NCBI RefSeq assembly: GCF_009914755.1
Contig: NC_060947.1
From: the human T2T-CHM13v2.0 reference genome, Homo sapiens
Strand: one strand, 5' to 3'
DNA length: 64,000 nucleotides
A program made the translations under genes and the position numbers. Under the pieces are notes generated by a model. That model was not told where the DNA came from and made no database searches. It saw only the letters and a list, made by a program, of their open reading frames with translations. Below are positions 56,481-64,000 of the stretch, piece by piece; position 1 is the first letter of the stretch; every line of letters begins with the position of its first letter.

Positions 56481-57899
56481 TACATGTGAAGATGGTCATA
56501 CCATTTCACCCAGTAACTGTATTTCTAGGAATCTATGCTAAGTAAATAGAAGGTCTATCTGTATAATTTCCTAGGTTTTCCTTCATAACATTACTTATAT
56601 GAGTAATGAATTAGAAACAATCTCCATGTCTTACTATTATAAGGGAGTTAAACTGGTATACAAAAATGTATATGGAATATTATCCAATCATTTAAAATTA
56701 TGTCATTATAGAATTATATTAATGACATGGGGGAAATGTTCACAATAGAATATTAAATTGATAAACCATAAAAAAGTTATGGCATTTTTCTGCACTTTAA
56801 CATTTTCTATAAAGATAAGATTTTAAAAGAAAACAATGTTATTAAGAGAAAAAAAATCAATGACGTTCTTGTAGGGTAACCTAGTTGCAAACAAAATGAC
56901 TTCTGACTCCATCTGTAGGATAAAATAGCAACAAAATGCAGCAGTGGAACTGAACAAGTAGACACGAAACTTTTAAAAAATTGAGGGCGTAAATTATTTC
57001 ATTGGTCCAAGTGAATGTTAAGTAGTTCCTACTGAAACATACGTAACAGGGTCATTTGTTTTTATGACCTGGTTCATTTTAACAAAATCTGCTGTTGGCT
57101 TATAGATAGATAGTACTTGTCTTGGATATTTTTATGTCAGGGCAAAAAGCAAGCATCCAATTTATCTAAAAAGATAATAAATCCACAAAATTTAGATTAC
57201 TTACAAATAACTGTGGTGTAAGGTACACATGGGAGACATGAAACAGTTAAATACTGGGCCCAACAGTTATGTGGATGTTATATTTGCTTCGGGGATATTT
57301 GCCCCAATAGCCAGGAAGCACCCAGAGAAAAAGAGTAATGAGTAAACATGTTCCAGAAAGCCTCCTTGCCTAGAACCAGGAAGTTCTGACCAGAAAACTT
57401 TACCTAGAACAAGACCAGTAGACATCCTACCACATTCACAGAAGGCATTCCAGAGCATAAGGGAGTTAACACAGCAGGCAAGCATTGCATGGATGTGTGT
57501 GCTTGCAATTAAGAATAAAACGCGGCAAGAAGAGAGTACTAGAAATGCAATCACCAAACTCTGCGAAATGAAGGCAGGAGACTTGTATACTTTAAGGACA
57601 GAACTTCAAACAGAGAGACTGAGAATGTATCAACATTGATACTAACCTGTCTGGCTGGACCTGGGTAGGATGCAGACATAGATGCTATGGGTCAGAGACA
57701 AGGCCATAAAGGAATAGAATCCAGGTCAGGATGCTGACGGGGGCACTTCCAGACATAAAGATCACAACTCAAGTTGCTCATAATGCCTTAAACACAAGTT
57801 GGCTCTTAATAACAATAGTAACAATGACTACAACTTGCTTAGCATATATGACATGGCAAGAATTATGCTAGGTGTTTCTTATACTTATCAGTCCTTTTC

Positions 57900-58097
57900 T
57901 TTAACTGTTATTTTAAGTTTGGAGTACAAGTGCAGATTTGTTACATAGGTAAACTTGTGTCATGGGGGTTTGTTGTACAGATTATTTCATCACCCAGGTA
58001 ATAACCTTAGTACCCATTACTTATTTTCCTGATTTTCTCCTCTCCTCTCACCCTCCATTCTCCTAAAGGCCCCAGTATATACTTTTCCCCACTATGT
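57900..58097 (-). mobile_element. L1PA13-15 3' end
   Basis: TGTTACATAGGTAAACTTGTGTCATGGGGGTTTGTTGTACAGATTATTTC; TSD GTCCTTTTC at 57891-99 and 58098-106. Confidence 0.9.
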
Positions 58098-58970
58098 GTC
58101 CTTTTCAGTAGAATCATTTTATTTGAAGTAAACTCCTTAAGATGGAGGTGGGAGTGCCTGGAATCCACATTGTTCTGTTTGTGAAAGATGTACTACCCTC
58201 CTCAGAGTTAGATTAATTCCCATTAGAGGTATATTCTTTTAGTTACTTCTAAACCTTTTACCTTACATTGCAGGATATATACTATCCTGAAGTAAAATCA
58301 TTATCCTCTGCTCTTATGCTAGAATTGGATGCACCTGCGGCTTCATCAGTCTCTGTCCTGGGCCCTCTCGGGGTTAGTCAGGTAACAAAGGCACATAAAC
58401 TCAGTGCCCAAACAGGGCCAGCCCTGCCTAAGTGAGGCTCTCCACATTTATTCCTCTCTAAGGCCCCCACTACACATGATTTCTCCTCCAATTAACCATT
58501 ACTAGATCCTCAAAACTTCTCCTCACTGGACAAGGGATTGAACAGCCTCCTTTGAATGTGCTCAGATTTGGCTATATTCCCCCAATATGTTGCTCCAGAA
58601 TTTGTACACATGGGGCTATTGGGGGGAGATCTAGTTGAAATGAAAGGCTCCAATCAGAGATACCATATTTGCATAACACTTTATGGAAGACTGAGAAAAT
58701 ATCATGTCACCAAAACACAAATTACAGGGAAAATATGGGTAAAGGGGGATGCGGACAGTGATGAATATTTTAGGAGGAAAAAATAAATGGTAACACATGG
58801 CCACCACTGGACCTGGTTGCAGACAGGACTGAAGGCAGAGATCCAATCTGCACAGAAGATATTAGTATTACCACTTCTTCTGTTTTAGATTGCATACTTC
58901 TGTTATTGCCGCTAAGATTAACTTTTATTAAATTTATGATCAATTAAAATTCTCTAAATTTTACCTTTAG

Positions 58971-59009
58971 AGGTCTCTAAAAGATCTCTAAAAGGTCTCT
59001 AAAAGATCT
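58971..59009. repeat. 11-bp tandem repeat AG(G/A)TCTCTAAA, about 3.5 copies
   Basis: alternating G/A variants give a 22-bp period. Confidence 0.9.
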
Positions 59010-59079
59010 ATCCCTCTTGTCAAGTTTGTTTGTGAAGCCAGAGGCATGGCAGACATTTCCCCTTTATGATTTTGTTTGA

Positions 59080-59185
59080 ATTGGCCATTCTTTCAAGCTG
59101 TCAAAATCTTTTTGTATCCCAATGCATTAGCTATCTCTAAAACATTAGCAGTCTCTTCCAGTCTCATACCATTTGCAAATTTGCA
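59080..59185 (-). mobile_element. L3/CR1 fragment
   Basis: GTCAAAATCTTTTTGTATCC...ATTAGCTATC...CATTTGCAAATTTG resembles antisense L3 RT. Confidence 0.45.
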
Positions 59186-60089
59186 CTACAGAATCATTTG
59201 CTTGAAAAACATATATGCACATGTGCAGTGAAAGCTAAATAAATGTGGTTAGTTTTCAAATTCTAGCATTCCATTTAGCTTTCTTGAATCCATAATAAGG
59301 CAACCGTTGTCTTAATGACTCAATAAATCACTGCATGCAATTTGGAGCAAACGTATGAACTTTAATGTAAAAGGTACTAGAGGTTAATCATTGAAGTCTG
59401 AAATTGAAACATAGACTCTGTATAACTTGACACTGAGAAAATCATGGTTTTCAACACCCTTGGAAATAAAAATAACCTCTAGCTCGAGAAAAGGTAAGAG
59501 GAAGGTGAAAGGTTACAAATGTGAGCAACATTAAGTGATGCTTTCACATTCAAACCCAACTCACACAAAATGTCACCCAATAATACAGTGAGCAGTACAG
59601 GAAGAAGAATCCCTCTCCTTCTGTAAGAGCATCTACCAGATTTGTGTGCTCGGGGCAACTTTCTTTATATTCTCATCAGAGAGTATCCATGAGTTAGCAT
59701 TATCTACCTCCTGGTACAATGGCCTTTTCTGTGGTGTAAATATCTTTACTCATGGAAATAAACATACCAAGCAAGTTAGGAAATTTGTTAGTAGACACCT
59801 GAAATTACAAGTTCTGAGGACAAAACAAAATCCTGGAGTCTCAGTGTTCCAGTGGATTCTGGACCCACACTTGACCTGCTTATTCAATACAAAGTAAGAC
59901 CTGGGATCTGAAAAACAGGGATTTTACTCTCATCTTGAGGACTTTATGAAGAGCCAGTGGGCCTAGATTTTAGTACTGCCACTAGCTAGTTCTTTTCCCT
60001 TGAGAAAGTTGGAATTCTGTACAATGACAGAATTCCATTGTCATTGTCTATACAATGACAATGACATATTGGATGATACGAATGACTAC

Positions 60090-60296
60090 CAAACTTTAAA
60101 AGAAAAACAGTTAAAATTTCAAAAATGCAAATGGAATCTTATGACAACTCACTTAATAGATGAGATTAAAAGCATATAAACAGGTGCTCTGGGTGAAATA
60201 ATGTGGTAGCCCACATACCTGCCAATTTAGCTCCAGAAGCTCCCCTGAGAGACTTCTAAAACTTCTAAAACTTCTATAAGCACATTTTAAAACCAT
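60090..60296. mobile_element. Charlie4z-like hAT fragment (a related piece lies at about 53353-53435)
   Basis: AATGGAATCTTATG...TAAAAGCA...GCTCTGGGTGAA...TTTTAAAACCATT. Confidence 0.4.
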
Positions 60297-60966
60297 TAAC
60301 AAGGCCCCTTCAATTCTGGCTTATGATAGAAGGAACCTAAGCCATGATCAGTTCCAACATTCTATGGATGTATGAAGCAGAGCTTGGAGACTATAAAAGA
60401 TTAAAAATATTAGTTATAATCATAGTGACTACCATTTATCGAGATACCATTCCACTTGACTTTACTGCTAAGGAGACTGATGATCACAAAAGTCAAGTGG
60501 CAAAGTCAGGTTTTAAACATAAGCCTGATATGTTTTTCATAATACACTAGAGTGTGATATGTGCTAAAGTAGCTCTAGCTACCAAATATAGTATGGTCAC
60601 AAGAAAGGATGGGGTAAGTTCCACTTGAGGAAGTAAGAGAAGCATCACCTTTATCTGACTTTCAAAAAGTCAACAGCAATTAAAACAAACCTGGGAAAGG
60701 AATTAGGGGCCCTGAGCACAACTTCTGCAATGTCAAGGAGGTGTGGAACATCATGCAGCAGGGGAAATTAGTTGGAGACAAGACTGCACACATAGACAAA
60801 CAAGAGTCTGATTGTGAAGACATCCATCAGCATCCCATAATAAGGAATTTAGACTTTTTTCTTTGGGGTTGACACCACTGCAATGTTTAAAACAGTAGTA
60901 TGAGATCATTCCTCTTCCAGGAGCACTCCAACTTTTTTCCTTTCTCTTTCTTGAGGGATCAGCTGA

Positions 60967-61298
<332 letters not shown>

Positions 61299-63265
61299 TA
61301 CTTACCCTTTTTCTAAAACCTAAGATCCATGAGAGGTGAGGCCTCATCATTCTGGATCACCGTTGTATCCCCAGCACCTAGAAGAGTCCCTAACACAAAG
61401 TAAGGGCTCAATAAATATTTGTTGCACGAATGAAGAACTCAAAGTCTGATTGCAAAGCTTGGACTCACAATCACTGTGCCTGCTTTGTTTGTGACCCCAC
61501 CTTGAAATGAATAGAGGATACTGTGTTGGAAATGGCAAGGTATCCAAAAAACAAAGCAAGTATGAAAACTTCTTATAGTCTAGTAAGTTTTGTAACGACT
61601 TTAAAATGCTGATACTTATCTAGGTCTACCTATCTCACTAGGGGGGACCTTTATATCCTGAGGAAATTTGCCCTATTGTCTTCATCTTCCAGAATTTGTG
61701 ATGATTTGAATGACTTTCTTTGATGCATTAAAGTCATAACCACATCCTTTTAAATATAAAATTCATTCCATCTTTCCAACAAAACAAAGTAGAATGAATC
61801 TAACTGTCTGGAAGGAGGCTTATTATCTCTGGAAAGTTACTTTGCCTGTGTTTCCTAACTTTTAAGAGAAATCGTAATAGTTCCTCTCTCATAGAGTGGT
61901 AGTGAAGATCGAACCAAATAGTACACTTATTACACTTAGCATAGTGCTTGGCACACAGAAAATCCTCAGTCAGCATCATCTTTTGTCATCATTATTGTTA
62001 CTGGTGGCATTACAAGGCATTTATGAGAAATTGCAATGCATCCTTGTGAGGGGAGCTAGATTTCCCTTTCATAAACCCAACCCTCCTTTTATGGCAGGTT
62101 CTAAGGCCTGACCACAAAGGCTACAGATTTGGTGTCTGTACTTCCCAGACAATACCCTCAAGCCTCTCTTTCATTTGTCTTTTCCCCTAATAGACCATTC
62201 ACCACTAATTACTTACAATCATTTTCTGCTGCACAGTTTTATATGTGCTTATTATGTTCACAGCTGTCTTGCCCAGCAAGAATAGAAATCTTTTATCTCA
62301 TTATCGTACCTGAGTCTCCTGATTACAATTCCCTTGCCTTCCAAACTAATTTCCTCCAAGAGGCTCTTTTGACAAGGTAGGATTTTCCTTCCCCCTCATC
62401 CCTTCTTTTCTTTTCTCCACAAACCCTGTAGTGAAAGAGAGACCTTGAATAGATAAAGAACACAGAAACTTTATCATATAAGTTAAACTAGTTAAACTAT
62501 GAGATGTGGTTATGGTATAAAATATGGTCAAATGTTGATTTGCCTTGTGGAGGATCCACTCTGAAAAATGAGTTTATTTATTTGGAAATATTTAGCACAT
62601 TCTCTGTTCAAGTTTCTGGGTATTTGGCTGTGAACCAAACATACCAAATCCTTCCCTTTCATGAAACTGATATACTCGTAGGGGACAGAAAACAAATATG
62701 GATATTTCATCAGATACTGATCTGTTTTTAGACAAATAAAACAGGATAAGTGGATAGAAAGTATCAGGACACTGCTTGAAAAATTTGGTCACAGCTTTCT
62801 AAGGAGGTTCTATTTGACAGTCAGAAGCTCTTACACAACTTCAAAGATTTGGTGCCTCCCAAATCCCCAAGACCCTTGGGGAAAGGCAAAGGGCTATAAA
62901 CAGACCAGGGGATCATGGGGAAAGGGAAAAGGGAGGAAATTCCCAAATGCTCAGGCAAGATTGACTCTGCATGGAAGATGGAGGAGGATATTTGTACTTT
63001 GCTGGACATCACGAAAGAGTACCTCAACTAACAGGTGAACTAGTTGAGCTAGTGAAATTTCTGTTAGCATTTCAAACTTCCAGATCTGTAGAGTCAGGTA
63101 TGTTAAACTTAGAGTTAGATTGAAGAAAAGCACTGTGGAAAATAGAAAATGACTGTCCCATTTTCTATTTCAATGACTGTTCCATTGTCCTGGAAGAAAA
63201 TGACTTCTTCCAGGTTCCAGTGGGACAGGCCTCCACTTGTTGAGTGGATGAGCAGTTTCAGATGG

Positions 63266-63718
63266 TGTACTAGTCAGGGTTCTCTAGAGGGACAGAACTA
63301 ATAGGATAGATGTATCTATAAAGAGGTGTTTATTAAGGAGTATTGACTCACATGAGCACAAGGTAAAGTCCCACAAGAGGTTGTCTGCAAGCTGAGGAGC
63401 AAGGACGTCAGTCTGAGTCCCAAAGCTGAAGAACTTGGAGTCCGATGTCCGAGGGAAGGAAGCATCCAGCAGAGGAGAAAGATGTAGGCTGGGAGGCTCA
63501 GCCAGTCTAATCTTTTTCATGTTCTTCTCCCTGCTTTTATTCTGGCTGCACTGGCAGCTGATTAGATTGTGCCCACCCAGACTTAGGGTGGATCTGCCTT
63601 TCCCAGTTCACTATCTCAAATGTTAATCTCTTTTGACAACACCCTTACAGACACACCCAGGAACAATACTTTGCATTCTTCAATCCAATCAAGTTGACAC
63701 TCAATATTAACCATCACA
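63266..63718 (-). mobile_element. MLT2A1/A2 ERVL solo LTR, full length
   Basis: minus strand starts TGTGATGGTTAATATTGAGTGTCAACTTGATTGGATTGAAG and ends CCCTGACTAGTACA; TSD GATGG/GGTGG. Confidence 0.92.
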
Positions 63719-64000
63719 GGTGGTGACTATCAAGCAGCCACCTCAGAAAGACGAAAAAGATAGAAGGAACATTTGGAAGAAAAGGAAAAGAGTAAACCAA
63801 ACCTTCTGATTGTTCCTGTAGGCCAGAGAAAACTGCCTCTCTGAAGATCAAGGAAATAAGGGCGGCAACCACAAACATTTGGGTTACCACAGCATTCTGT
63901 TACGTTTACTAATAAAATGTATTCTTTTCCAAGAGGTGTTTAAGTTCTTTACAGTTTACAAAGTATTTAACTGTTTAAAGCTACTTTCATATACATTATT

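Noticed and set aside
57267-57557. 96-aa hydrophobic minus-strand ORF
   Set aside because: Starts at TTG rather than ATG, with no convincing splice context or recognisable homology.
58667-58681. OCT-SOX composite-like ATTTGCATAACACTT (also ATCTGTCATGCAAAT near 29194)
   Set aside because: The SOX half-site is broken in both; only the octamer is supported.

Overview
Human or great-ape genomic DNA, judged from AluY/AluS/AluJ, L1PA, THE1 and MLT2A elements. It is AT-rich, has no CpG island, and reads as deep intron or intergenic sequence. Most of the window is interspersed repeats: L1 of several ages, L2, MIR, Alu, MaLR/ERVL LTRs, a near full-length Tigger1 and hAT MITEs, including two deeply nested stacks (3.1-8.2 kb and 18.3-27.4 kb). 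I cannot support any protein-coding gene, structural RNA gene or CRISPR array, and the long ORFs in the track are decayed L1/Tigger1/Alu/LTR or microsatellite sequence. I found no new biological system that I can claim with confidence. The best leads are: (1) a minus-strand candidate exon at 37668-37895 holding a 45-codon signal-peptide-like ORF, with a same-strand MLT2A LTR (DUX4-type motifs, splice donor) 25 kb upstream; (2) a 15-nt microexon-like signal at 27404-27418; (3) several templated-insertion or snap-back repair scars, including a 49-bp copy from 2.4 kb away; (4) a probable L1 3' transduction and a twin-primed old L1; (5) a nearly pristine AluYc-type insertion. Repeat subfamily calls are from recalled consensus motifs, not a database search, and boundaries of old repeats are approximate.
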